A DNA stretch of 56,034 bases, counting the filler, from Sphacelaria rigidula (Eukaryota), in NCBI GenBank assembly GCA_964200075.2. It is 4 parts of 4 records of this genome, joined end to end, with 100 filler letters (N's around TTAATTAATTAA, not from the genome) between each part and the next. Parts side by side here need not be neighbours in the genome. Positions count along the whole stretch, not along the records: positions 28,069 to 42,001 come from CAXNAA020002574.1; positions 42,102 to 56,034 come from CAXNAA020002575.1; 2 more parts are not named here. One strand, given 5' to 3'. Below are positions 34,407 through 46,400 of this stretch, one piece after another. How positions within the stretch are numbered: the first letter of the stretch is position 1; each line of letters begins with the position of its first letter. Below the pieces are notes generated by a model. The model saw only the letters and a program-made list of their open reading frames with translations, did not search any database and was not told where the DNA came from. Position numbers and translations under genes: made by a program.

Positions 34407-37400
34407 ATGCTTGCCGGTGAGGCGAAGGCGCTGCATACGACAAAGCGCTCTTCCGGCGTGGACGTGTCTGACCCTGCGCTTGCGGAAGCTTGGGCGAAGG
34501 TGCAACGCGATAGTGATCCGCAAACTGATTGGTGCGCCTTCCACCATGCCGAGGCAAGTACAGTACCGCCTGCAGCATGTGTAAGGATTGAAAAAGGTGC
34601 ACGGGCACAGTAAGTACCGTACCGAGCGTGCCCTCGGTATTTACCGAGGTATCCCACACCGTGGTATGCGTGGGTATCGTAGGTATGAGTTTTGAAAATA
34701 CCGGATTGGGCGGGTACGGTAGGTATTGGTATCTCGAAATACCATGGTATCGTATGTATCGTAGGTTTGACATTTAAGAATACCCGATTGGGTCGGTATC
34801 GGTAGGGTATGAAATGTCCCAGATACCAGTACCGCGTACCTGCCTTACCCTCTATACCGGTTTCAAAACTGTCATCCGGCAGTACGGAGAAACGTTTCAG
34901 GGCGTGTCCTGACACTTATTTGTCGATCGAAAAAATAGGGCAGTCGAATTAATTCAAACGGAAATCGCTCGTTTTTGTCGAGTTGAGTCCAAGCGAATTT
35001 CGATCGAGAAAAGACAGCACACGTCGGACAAATCAGCTCCCTATAGCTCGAGCTAGCTCTCTTTTGGCGTAGCTACCTGGTGAGCTTTGAGAGCTACATG
35101 TGCTACGCATGTTTGTCCTGGGTGAACTACCAACCCGTAGCTCATCAGCTCATATTCGCCCTGGGTGAGCTATGAGAGCTACATGAGCTACGCATGTTTG
35201 CCCCGGATGAGCTATGAGAGATGCATGAGCTACACATGTTTGCCCTGGATGAGCTACGAGCTTGGCCGACCATAAACCCAGCATCCTCTGTCGTCACCAC
35301 AACTCTTCAAGTCTCCCAAATCAGCACGACCTGAGCATATCGCTGTGAACTGTAGACTAACCTGGTAACATAGGCACTGCCACTGCTCGATTGGTGCACT
35401 TTTGACGATGATGTTATTGTACTGCATTGAGTACCGAGTACGTCCCAATTCTCCGTGCGATAGCGTGTCTGGAGACTTGCGTTTCACAAAATGCGGTGGA
35501 ATTACGATAGTAAATTCAGGCGAAAGCAGTCGAGGAGTTCTGCAGTCTCTACAACACAACTCGATGTCGCTGCCTAACAGCAGAAAACGTGCGCGACCAC
35601 TCCCGAAAGGCAGGTTCAACAGAGAATGAAAGCTGCAGTCGTGTTGAAACGATTGTACAGTGTTTTCCCGAAATCACAGAAGACACGTTTGCCGAGCGAA
35701 ATCGCACCTGTCTCCGCCCCTTTTCATGCTCCTACAAAAGACCTGGCCACACTCTGCCATAAGAGGTCCTTGGTCGTGCTTGACATGAGAACTGGTCGAA
35801 GCAGAAGCGCCATGCAGCTCCTACACCGCGTGCACGGCTGTATCGTAGGACGCGGGTACCGCAACTGATGATACGGGCATGGCATCGTGCATGTGGTCAT
35901 GCCCGTTGTAAAAAACAGAAGTGGTCATGCCGGGATTCGAACTCATTACCTGTGTGTTTTGAGGCTGTTGAATCAGTTTGACCACCGGGGTCACACAAAA
36001 AGTGCGACGCGAACCCAAATTTTACGTATTTTTGGCTGAAACTTTACAAGGATGTGGGTGATGCGAGTGCTCGTATTTACCCGAGCGTTGTCATCGTTTG
36101 AAACATTTTTTGAGGAAGTTATAGCATTTCCCTGATTTTGCTAAAACTCCAACTCGCTCTAACTTCTTGTTTTTTTTTCTTCTTCTGCACCACTCGAAGT
36201 GTTACGCGGATTGATGATGAAAATGTTGTGTCAAAATTGCAGCGCCTAACTCTTCGATTTGCCAAACGCATATCCACTCTTCGTTTGAAAATCACTGATG
36301 GCCGGCCCAGCTTGTATGAGAGATGCATGAGCTACACATGTTTGCCCTGGACGAACTATCAGAGCTACGGGAGCTACGCCGATTTTGGAGTTGTTGCTGT
36401 TCCGATGCTCATGCACGTTGATATTGTTACGTACATGACAACTGTGAGATGTGCACACACCTGTTTCGTTTCGTGTAGCGATGGATTTGCTTCATGTAAA
36501 CATCAACAATCAACATGGCTGCATCAGAAGTCGCCCGCATCATAGCCACCACATACACACAACCACAGACGCACACACAACCACACATATACACACAATT
36601 CGCCCTGCATGGCGACCGCGGGGGGCAGCAGCTCTAGCCGCGCTTCAGTTGGGAATGATGCCGTGCATCTAGATCCTTCGCAACAGGCGATTGATGTGGA
36701 AGACGGAATTACACTTACTCACATCAGCACATGTTTGCCTTGGGTGAGCTATCAAGCGTAGCTCATCCTCACATGTTCACCCCGGGCGAGCTGTAAGAAG
36801 TGCGTGAGCGACACATGTTTTTCCGGAGTTACCTACAAGAGCTGGGTGAGCTACGCATGTTTGCCTTCGGTGAGCTACCGGACGTAGTTCACCCGCGCAT
36901 GTTTTCTCTGGGTGAGCTGTGGGAGCTAAATGAGCTGCACATGTTTACCGCACGTGAGCTATCAGCCCGTAGCTCATCAGCTCGTATTCGCCCTGAGTGA
37001 GCTGTGGGTTCTGTATGAGCTACGCACGTTTGCGATAGGTGAGCTACCAACCCGTAGCTCATCAGCTCAGATTCGTCCTGGGTGAGCTACCAACCCGTAG
37101 CTCATCAACCCATGTTTTCCCCTGGGTGAGCTATGAAAGCTGCATGAGCTACACGATATTTGTCCTGGGTGAGCTACCAACTCGTAGCTCATCAGCACAC
37201 GTTTACCCTGTGCTGAGCAATCGGACGTGGCCCACATGTACATGTTTTGTTTTGTTTTGGGGGGGGGGGGTTATCTTCTGTTTTCTTGACGTCTCTCTCT
37301 TACTGCTTTGCTTTGTGTGTTCGGCGTCTCGGAAGAAGCTGCTCCATGAGCGCTGCTATCTTACGTAATGAAGAGTAGTGACGGTACTGGGAAGGGGAGC

Positions 37401-39546
37401 CTACGTCTGTGACCACGGGTTCCAGGTATCGGGCTACTGTGCGGAAGTAAGAAAACAGCAAAGCAGGCACCTTGTCCGTGGCCACATGTCTACACCACTG
37501 CCATGTGCTAAACTTTCGGGCTGGGATTTCCTAGGCGGGCAGCCGCAGAACGCTTCTCGCCGGTGGGCATGTATCCGGGAACGGTTTCACCGCTTGATTG
37601 CCATTGCGTAGGTCTTGCACACTCCAGTAGGAGTACCCCATCCCAGCCTGTCGTCAGTAGCATAGCACGGGACCTAGATTTCTTCCAGAAGTAATGCGCA
37701 AGCCAAGCCTACAGGGTGCTATTCTGTGCTGGTCATCAACATGCACCCCTGTTTATACACCGTCTGAAACTACCATCACAATTGTAGTGCCCATTAACCC
37801 GTTGACTGGGATGATCCGTTGATTTTTTTATGCAGGAAGATTGACTCGCTCGTAACCTGGAGTCGCCAAATGTTGATATGTATTGGCATGTATGCACACG
37901 CTAGAAAATAACAAATTTGGCTCCAGCGGATTGGGTGGCAAGCACTACTTTTTTGTCTCGGGTTTTCACGGAGCATGCGGCTCACTCCAATGCTCGAGGG
38001 TGACGATGATATCTGCACTCAACGCACTTGTCACTACTGGCCGTGCGTGTTGGGATATCACGTCCCGTTCCGTGTTTTCGAAAGCAGGGATCCAACAATG
38101 TCATGGCCTTGCTTGGCTGCGGCTCCGGGGGACTGGCTGAGCTATGCTCTGCTCTTGACGAGTCCAAGGTGACGTATTGTGCTTTACGGCTAGGCACTGC
38201 TTCGGCGCCGCGATTCCACAGGTACGTCTTGTCACCAACCACGTCAACGTTGACGCCTTGCACAGAGAAATTGACAGGAAAGCATAATCTGCCGTGATGC
38301 GTACGCTCACCTACATCAGGCTTCTAGCCTACTCCGGGCGCACTGCGCTTCCTGCGGCGTCATGTGCGATTAATCGCCCGCAGTGTGATGGGCTCGACGT
38401 CGACCACGAGGGAGTGCATATGTTGGACCACCCGCTAGTACCACGGCTCGAAGCTTGTTGCCCTACGGTGCGTGAAGCTGTGGAGGGCCGTGACCCGTTT
38501 TAGTGTAGTGGGATATGCTCGCGGTATCTCGCGCGCGAAAAGAGTACCTGCTCTGTTGGTACCCTAGTGGGCTCAGTAGCGTTCGACGTAGCTCCTGGAT
38601 AACATGGCAAAGCACTGACAGCACACAGTGTCTGGCGAAAGCTGTTGGGTGGGATACTTCAGGACAGTCAAAGAGTTGAACGCGCAGCACACGGCCTGCT
38701 TGACGGTTGCAGCAGCTGCTGCAGAGGCTAGCTTGTAGCTGTATGTGCAGTGGTGTTGTCGTGAAGCAAGACCACGGCGATTCACCAACCATGTGGGCTT
38801 CGTTCAGCTGTTGCCGAAGGAATGAGTCGCTACGTGGCGACCCATTGCTCCGCTCTTAGTACCACAGATAGTTCGCTCACGTGTCCTCCACGCATGCCAC
38901 CGCGCAGCCTTGGTACTCGACTGCCGTGTAGACGCCATTGTTTCCTCGTTGAATCTGCCAAATGAAACAGCAGCCATACGATTTGAACTGTGAACGCGTG
39001 TCGCTTATCTTGAGTATTTTCCTTGAATGGTTATTTGTTTAGCCTGCAAAAAACGTCAGCGGGACGCCACACTGCATATCCATTTGTTAACCGTTATGCC
39101 TCTTTTTGTTTTTGATCGGAAGAGACAAGGGTTCCACGTCACCTCAAGAAGATGCGCCAAGGATTGACGATAGAACGTTATCGACAATTTTTTGTCCGGG
39201 TGGCGCAAACGGCAGCATTTGCAGTGAAAGGACATACAGGCTTGAGCTGAAGAAAGTGCGCACATATGGAAATAGCGCCATTGAGTTTGCATTTGAGCTA
39301 GAATCGGATCTAGAATTTCAGTAGTTGTGGCCGCGAGCAAACTAATCTGCAATTTATTTTCCTCGATCGCACGAATGATGAAATAAAAACAGGATAAAGT
39401 TTGTTGGGGAGGATGTCGGCGGCATGAAGAAGGGTCGCGCGGCTCTGCAGAAGAACGCAGTGTTCGCTGTTTTTGAGGGGGCTTCCGCCGGCGACCATGA
39501 GTTCAACTCGGTGGCTGAATTAGCCGCGGCCGCGGCGCTGAGCTGA
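34407..39546 (+). CDS. Coactosin-like ADF-H (actin-binding) protein, about 144 aa; exons 34407-34553, 38088-38221, 39393-39546
   Basis: Spliced: MLAGEAKALHTTKRSSGVDVSDPALAEAWAKVQRDSDPQTDWCAFHHAE|GSNNVMALLGCGSGGLAELCSALDESKVTYCALRLGTASAPRFHR|IKFVGEDVGGMKKGRAALQKNAVFAVFEGASAGDHEFNSVAELAAAAALS*. This follows the coactosin/drebrin ADF-H pattern and size, and the phases agree (0, 2). Confidence 0.88.
34610..34872. mobile_element. GGTAT/ATACC-rich transposon end (hAT-like terminus ...GGTTTCAAAACTG)
   Basis: Dense ggtat/tacc subterminal-type motifs ending in a CAG-initiated TIR-like sequence on the minus strand. The other end was not found. Confidence 0.45.
35257..36314. mobile_element. Tc1/mariner-type non-autonomous element (about 1058 bp) with TA TSD
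   Basis: TA|cgagcttggccgaccat ... atggccggcccagcttg|TA (17-bp imperfect TIRs). Removing it restores the host unit gagcTAtgagagatgcatgagctacac seen at about 35210-35235. Confidence 0.85.
35920..35996 (-). mobile_element. tRNA-derived SINE head nested in the mariner-type element
   Basis: Minus strand CCCCGGTGGTCAAACTG...GAGTTCGAATCCCGG (B-box). Confidence 0.55.
36541..36665 (+). repeat. Dispersed repeat shared with 51103-51195
   Basis: gcatggcgaccg..gg.gcagcagctctagc.gc.cttcagt.ggg.atgatgc occurs at both sites, preceded by a CA-rich stretch. Confidence 0.85.
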
Positions 39547-41589
39547 GCTGAGCTGATGTCCGTGTTATTTGCTTATACCGGCATTGGTGTTGTGTGTATT
39601 CGTGTGTGTTTTCTGCCCATGCGTGCTGCGGCTGATGTATCTTGTACCGCAAAGTCGTGCTGTTCTATCCGTCCCGTAGCGTGTTTTCCCTTCAACGGTG
39701 TTTTATTTCATGTGCGCCCCAGCGTCTTCTGGCCACCCCCACTAGGACAGGTAACGACCGGTCTGTCGGGGCGTATATTGCCCGCCTCGTGTCACTCAAA
39801 GCTGCGTATAACTTGCATTTGTATAGACGTGGAAGTGGTCGATTCGGGACTGTATTGTGGGTAGTTAATGTGGCGCAGTTCACTGCACATGCGCGCTGCG
39901 TCCGATGTATATGGCTGGTATTAAGGTATTGAGAAACACATGCGCTTTACGGGATACTCGCCCCACGGAAACTCCGTTCGAGTTGGGGGATTTCATGCGG
40001 CTGTTCAGGCTATGCGCCGGGGGATGTGATGCGAATGGAGCACACGCGGATATTCGTTGCATGGAGTGAAGTAAGTGTAGGAACAAAATCACCGGGCTGC
40101 TAGGGCTCACCTCCCACAGATAGGGGTTAGCCAAAGTGAATTCAAATATTTTCGCGCGAAGCGCGATTATGGTCGAGCGTTTGAAAAACGCCACTGGGCA
40201 AAAATCGAAGACCCACCCGAAATCAGGGAAAGTACTATCGGATCAGACTTGTCCTGTATCACTGTGCTGCAGCACAAACACACTCATGCTGTGTCTCGTG
40301 TGTTGTAGCTGTAGCTGTCGCTGCGCTGTGGCGTCTTCAGGCCTTTACGGAGACGGTTTGATCTCCGCTGGGAATGCCTGAGATGATTTATCTTGTCATT
40401 CCGTTCGTAGATATGAAAAACAACGTTGTTGGCACTCAGTGCTCTCTACGCGCTCTAGTAGTGGTGGAAGCCTCTAGTGAGTGTTCAGTGGACTGTGGCT
40501 GAAGGAAGCCCGCTTTCTGCGCAGCATGTTTCGTTCTCGTTTTCGTGTTGGTAGATGTTTTGGAATAAATTGTACGAGTTGCTTGTAGGTAACCCTGTGT
40601 GTGTTGTGCCTTTGGAAGTCACGACAGGTAACTTGATCAGCGTATTTGGTTTTTATCTGGTCTTCATTCTCGCATTCGATAAATCTTTCGTGGCTCTCAA
40701 CAACCGATTGACACGCCGTATATGTAACTACTGCCCGTCGGCTATCGGCCGATATTTTCTGCAGTCTGGTTCAATTTACACATCACGTAAATAATGGCAC
40801 GTACCTGCAGCTACAGAGGCAGAAATTGCAGATATGTAAACCCTCTCGCTTCGACTCGGAGTTGCAATTTTCGTGCGATTGAACGTCGAGTGGTGGTGCA
40901 GCCTGGGAGTGTGTTGAGTAGTGTAGCAGATGGAGAACAAGTACATGACTGTTAGCTTGCTTTGCCTGCAAAACCGAAATGATCCCGTGAGTGTTGGTAC
41001 ACTTTTGCGGCCTCGTCAAACCAATCGCTTATTCTTTGCAATTCCTTACACGGTGTGGGGCTGGTGGTGTGTCGCTCGGGTTGGAGAGAAGGATTTTTGC
41101 CAGAATATTGGGGGACGTCCTGGATTAGGAACCACACAAGATTGACTACTGCCGCATGTCGTGTGCGGCACGAGAATCTGCTAGCAAACGATTCCTGTTC
41201 GGCTACTACGACGAAGGCCAAGTTCGAGAGGAGCACCCTGTTGCATCGTTTTCTTTCGGGCTGCATGTCGAATGATTACAACGTAACGGATGACCTGCCG
41301 CACAACGAAGTATCGCGGCTCACGTAGGCCTTCGTTGACCATGCAGAGTTTCCGCGGGCATATGTCACTGCTATCTTAGAGTTGAGGTATTTCAATTCCG
41401 TCAACCATTCCCACAGGTTGGGGCCTTGTGATGTTCATCCCGGCGTGCTTTGCAACAGTACTGGGCGTGTGGGGTTATCTGTGTTTGGATCTTGAGCGGT
41501 GAAGAAGCCAGGAGGCCGGCCCTGGGCAAATTACATGGTATGTTTACTCCTTTTTCATTGTTTGTTTGGGGCCGCTCACAACTTCCGAT

Positions 41590-41890
41590 GCCCCCCCCCA
41601 AAAAAGTGCATGGTTTTGGGAAGCAAAATCTTCACGTGAGTCGAAATGGGAAAAGCCGAGCACAACGAGCAGCTGGGCATTCCCACGCTTGGGTTCGTTC
41701 TAGCCAATGTCGCCAAAACGGGGCGCTTTTCATACAGCCTGAATCCGAACATCAGGCGCTGTATGGCCATTTTTTTCGAGACACTTTTGGGCTGGTTTGG
41801 GGGGGGAGGGGGGGGGGGTACTCATTTGTTGCACGCCTTGTTAATAGTCGTGTGACCATTGACCATGCATCCCTTTCGAGAAGGAGCACC
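41590..41890. repeat. Composite dispersed repeat at the contig end
   Basis: 41590-41745 is the inverse of 14036-14180. 41810-41890 (gggggtactcatttgtt...gaccattgacc...atccctttcg...ggagcacc) matches 27815-27870 and 42195-42272. Confidence 0.8.
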
Positions 41891-42001
41891 GGTCCTACTC
41901 CAAATATGGTTTGGGGGGGGGGGGGGGGGTCCGTAAAAGGGGTCCAAAAAGGATTTTACCAAAGGAGGTCTCGCAGGGGGGGTAATGAGAGGTTGGAAGG
42001 G

Positions 42002-42101
42002 NNNNNNNNNNNNNNNNNNNNNNNNNNNNNNNNNNNNNNNNNNNNTTAATTAATTAANNNNNNNNNNNNNNNNNNNNNNNNNNNNNNNNNNNNNNNNNNN
42101 N
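42002..42101. other. Artificial contig spacer
   Basis: N44-TTAATTAATTAA-N44. Confidence 0.98.
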
Positions 42102-42879
42102 CAGCGTCATCGCCAAGCGACGCCAACCCCATCGGGGGTCCGCCCCTACAAAGCCGGGACGGAGCACGCCGGGTTCTCGCCGGACCAGGCTAGAGAAGGG
42201 GGGATTACTCATTCGTTAATTGCCTTAATCATTTGACCATTGACTGCGCATCCCTTTCGGGACGGAGCACCATTTTTACTCGTACTAGAGACACCTCCAA
42301 CATTTGGGCGCTCACTACATTTATTTCATACATTACATAGAAACGTTTATATATCTTTTTCCCTTCCTGTTTCGCTGTCCGTGACCACCATCCATCTCCT
42401 ACTATAACGATCGTTTTCTCGCTACTGTCTCATGCATGAAACGATTTCATGCCACCTTCGTTTACTCCCCCACATTTCCTCCCTTACACGTCCCTCCCCT
42501 CCTTGTCAAGTTCGCATTCTGCCACTACATGAGTTCTACTGTCTACTGCTTTGCCACAAGGACAATTCTGTGGGTCTACCTCCAGGGGGGGGGATTAAAA
42601 GCACGACAATCTATTCAAACTGTACGAGCGAGGCGTTTACATTTCAATGTGTTCTTGTTTTAGTACAATACATACATGCGGCCAATAAGCTATCCGCAGT
42701 ATTTTACTACCGTAACACCCGAGCCGCGCCGTTGAGAGGTCAGTGCTGACAACGATGAAATACGACCGATCGACTCCTCGCGGAGCCTGAAGGGCTTCAA
42801 CGTTTTCAAACAGAAACCTCTCGAAGGCGAAAGGTACCGAAGCCTGACCCACGCAGTACATATGAATGATCTTGTATTG

Positions 42880-43240
42880 TGCAAGCTTCATCTGGGACGT
42901 GGATATCCGAGATCAACGTCTATCCGAGATATCATACTCCCGATCGATATCTACCTGGGATGTGGACGTCCATCTGGGACATCCGTCTGTGATTACAAAT
43001 ATATATGGGATATCCATTTATGATATATACATCCCAAATGAATACGCCAGATAGACATTCATGTACCAGGTGGACGTCTGTATCTCAGATCGACATAGCA
43101 GACGGATTTGATATCCCGAATGAATCTGATGTCGCAGATGGGCACCCCTGGTGGGCATTGATGTCCCAGATGGATGTCCCGGATGGATTCGATATCCCAG
43201 ATAGATACCCCTGTTGGATATGGTATCCCAGATTCAGGTT
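42880..43240. repeat. CATCTGGGA/TCCCAGATG-rich repeat family (also 43985-44345, 44635-44870, 47210-47490)
   Basis: Dense catctgggat motifs switch to atcccagatg within this copy. Three more blocks occur in kinase introns in either orientation. Confidence 0.75.
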
Positions 43241-43465
43241 GAACGATAATGCAAGGCCTCCTCTGTATACCTTATTGAATCGTGTTCATGTCGTGCATAG
43301 AAGGTGAGATGTGGACATAGGTATAGGAGTTTAAAAGTTCTGAAGATGGCCTCCCGTATACAACACTTCGCACTTTTCTGAAGCATTTTGCACGAATCAA
43401 ATGTGAGCTACGGTGGCATCACCTTCTCGTTTGTACCGTGCTTCGGGCGCGCTCAATCACCCCAG

Positions 43466-46400
43466 GGATGGAGATCGCGGATGTAATGATGATCGAGGAG
43501 CGAGAAGTGATATTCGTCACTCAAGGTGATGACTACGTTGATGCCCCCCTCGCTGACGGGGTCGGGGGCGACGCCTCCTCGTCGGGTATCCCCGCAGTCG
43601 TCGGAGCCTACAAGGTATTCTTAGACACTTTGTGTTAAAGCACATCAAAACGGTTGGTTCAACATCTATCGCTAGAAACATAAAAAAAGTCATAAATGTA
43701 CATAGTGTTGATTTGGTCAGTCATGTGAATCTACAACACGTCGCGAATAGCGGAATGTCTTGGCAGGTATATCTTTCATACGCACACGTCATGACCTGTG
43801 GGCTGAGTTATCATCCCATCCATTTGTGAGGTTGAGGGCTTGATTCATGAACTCGTACATCAACTTCTCAACCTTCTGCGGAAAATAGTGGGCGGTGAAG
43901 GTAATTGCCCGCGTAAGCGAAAAGTGCGCTGAAGAAACCATATCGCCCCCTCTTAGAGCTCTGAATTATCGTGCTTTTATAGTGCCATCTGGGATACGTT
44001 ATGGAATCCATCTGGGATGTTTTTCTCTTGTCTCATGTCCATATCTGATGTTGGTATACTCATCTCAGACAACTACCAAGGATTCGAGGTCCGTCTGGGA
44101 GGTCAAATTCTACCTGATGTGTGGATACTCACCTAGGGTATCCCTTTGGGACATGCCTGTTCATCTGGGATGCCCATCTGGGATGTCCCTGTGGGATAGG
44201 GATAGGAGTGCCTATCCGCGAACTCCATCTGAGACGTCCATCTGGGACGTGGATTCCATTTGGGATGTTCATCTGGGTCTAGGGTGGGTGTTCAGGATAG
44301 ACGTCTGCCTGGGTTCCTTATGTGCACCTTGAACGTCTCATCTGCTGAGATCAGTTCGCCATGTCGACGTTGATTGTTCGGATGCATGTTCTTGGTTATA
44401 GCTAAATACAGCCTGAAACACCACTCGTAATACTATTAACCCTAACCCGCTTCCGTGAGCAGCTTGTGCGCAGGCGACCTACATCAGGGATAGCTTGCTC
44501 TTGTAGACCATAGTGCAATGTGCACTCGTGCCGCATACATCGAGGTTAGCGAACGCTGGTAGAACGCCGTGCAGCGTACTCTTGTAGGGTAAGACTCTTG
44601 GTTAGCGCCCGCTGATAGGACAGTGTGGAATGTGCAGAGATGGATGCCCCAGATTGACATCCCAGATAGATTCGAGGTCCCAACCGTATGTTTCAGATAC
44701 GTGTAAAGTCCCACCTTTGTATCCTGGTAGATGCCGTATTTCCATATGACAGAAGGATACTCCCCATGGATCTGAGATCCTAGATGAGTGTCCCAGATGG
44801 GTATGTATCTACCTCTCAGGTGGATATCCCAGATGAACGTTCGTATCTCAGATAGGTGTTCTAGATATATGAGCATATACCAGTCTGCCATTTCTTTCTG
44901 TGCTATGCTTGTGTTGAATTTTTCATTACTTTTTTTTGTCACGGCTTAGTCTGCTATGTCGTCCTGTTCGACCCCTCATTTTTTTTTTTTCTCAGAGCGT
45001 GTTTCAGTTTCGTTTTTTTGGGTACGTCTATCATAAGACCACGGCTGGACCCCTGGCGGGTCAGTTAAAGTGCGACAATCGACCAATCAATCAAAATCAA
45101 TCACCAGATGGAGCTTTCGGGAGAATGCCAGACCTAGCGTCGCTCTCAAGGCTGACTAGCCGGTAGAAGTGCTGCCCACCACGTCATAATGCAAGGCGGA
45201 CACTAAGGCGGCGCATGTCCAGCCCTCGATACTTCAGGTTACCAGTTGTGAAACTAACGGAGGGATACGAGGCCATCGTATTTGCGTTCGCACGTTTGCC
45301 AAATGTGAGGCTCCAATATGGTTTGTCAGCCCGACGAATGCATATCGTGAAGCTTGCTTCTGATCTTACCGTTGGGCTATTCCATCGCCCCGTGTTGCCA
45401 GACCCGCACACCGAAACGCTGAGTGAAATAGCTGCGATGAAGGAGACGTCTAGTGCTCTTCATGTCAATTGCACTGCTGCTTGGTTTTGAGCAAAAATAT
45501 GAGGGTTGAAGTTCTGTATGGTCATCGATATGCAACATGCGTTCGAGAAGATATAAGCGCTACACGCGGGTATCAACATACTCGAGTTGCGCCAAAAACA
45601 TGCGACCGGGCGGATCAGAAAGGCGGCAAAACAACAGCTCTGTTCTTTAATACGCATGACTCCATCCTGAAGCAACCAACGCTTGGCCACGAATTCTCTG
45701 GTTTTCCCCGACAGGTATGCGAATTTCTTGGAAAGGGTGGTTTCGGAGAGGTTAGGGTCGGGGAGCATCAGCTGACGACGGAACGCGTCGCCCTCAAGTT
45801 TCTGAGGAAGAGTGCAATAGCCGACATGGGCGCAGCGGAACGAACGACTACCGAGATACAGTGTAAGCTTCGACCCGGGCAGCAGGTGCTTCGAAGAAGA
45901 AGGAAAACGTTGCTTTCACGGCTTAGCAAATAAAACGGCGCACCACTTAGCCACAACGCTTTCTCACGAAGCTGAGTTCGAGGACACTATCGTAGGCTAC
46001 ACGCTTTACCCATCGTCGACGTTAATCGTCTGCCTACCAAATGATACCGTTCAGATATTTTCCCGCCACCCAAGTTAACCCCTCTGCTCTACTTTATTCA
46101 GTATGCGTCAAAATCGCCGGTCATCGTGCACTTGCGATCCATATCTACAGCTTTTGCCTTGATGGGACTACATGCCTACTTTCGCAAAGGAAACACGACC
46201 ATGATCGGGTCAGTGTTGGTGATACTGCATACTGCACCCTAGCAAGCCGACACTACTATCGGTTGTCCATTCTCTTTTGTCCTATTGCAGGTCTAACCGC
46301 ATTGAAGCACCCCAATATAATTCGGCTAGTGCAGCACATCAACACTCCCCAAAACGTGGTCATGGTTTTCGAGCTAGCAGAAGGAGGCGACCTGTTCCAG

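Larger units (their letters stand above)
35030..37220 (+). repeat. GAGCTA-rich irregular tandem repeat element (host of nested insertions)
   Basis: Recurrent catgtttgccctgggtgagctac / cgtagctcatcagct units at 35030-35256, 36315-36380 and 36725-37220. A related copy is at 50820-51000. Confidence 0.8.

Noticed and set aside
36725-37220. GAGCTA repeats as a CRISPR-like or iteron array
   Set aside because: Spacing is irregular, the intervening sequences resemble each other, and the family recurs elsewhere as an interspersed intronic repeat.
37378-37430. TVLGRGAYVCDHGFQ as a coactosin exon
   Set aside because: It contains the ctgtgaccacggg motif of the SINE-like family, and the coactosin model is complete and in frame without it.
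41810-42272. Same repeat on both sides of the third gap suggesting true adjacency
   Set aside because: The same family is also at the end of contig 2 (27815-27870). It marks assembly break points rather than linkage.
42700-42835. Candidate upstream kinase exon ending GAAAG|gtaccg
   Set aside because: Frames from the nearest good acceptor contain stops, and the open frame ends in phase 2 while the 43466 exon needs phase 1.
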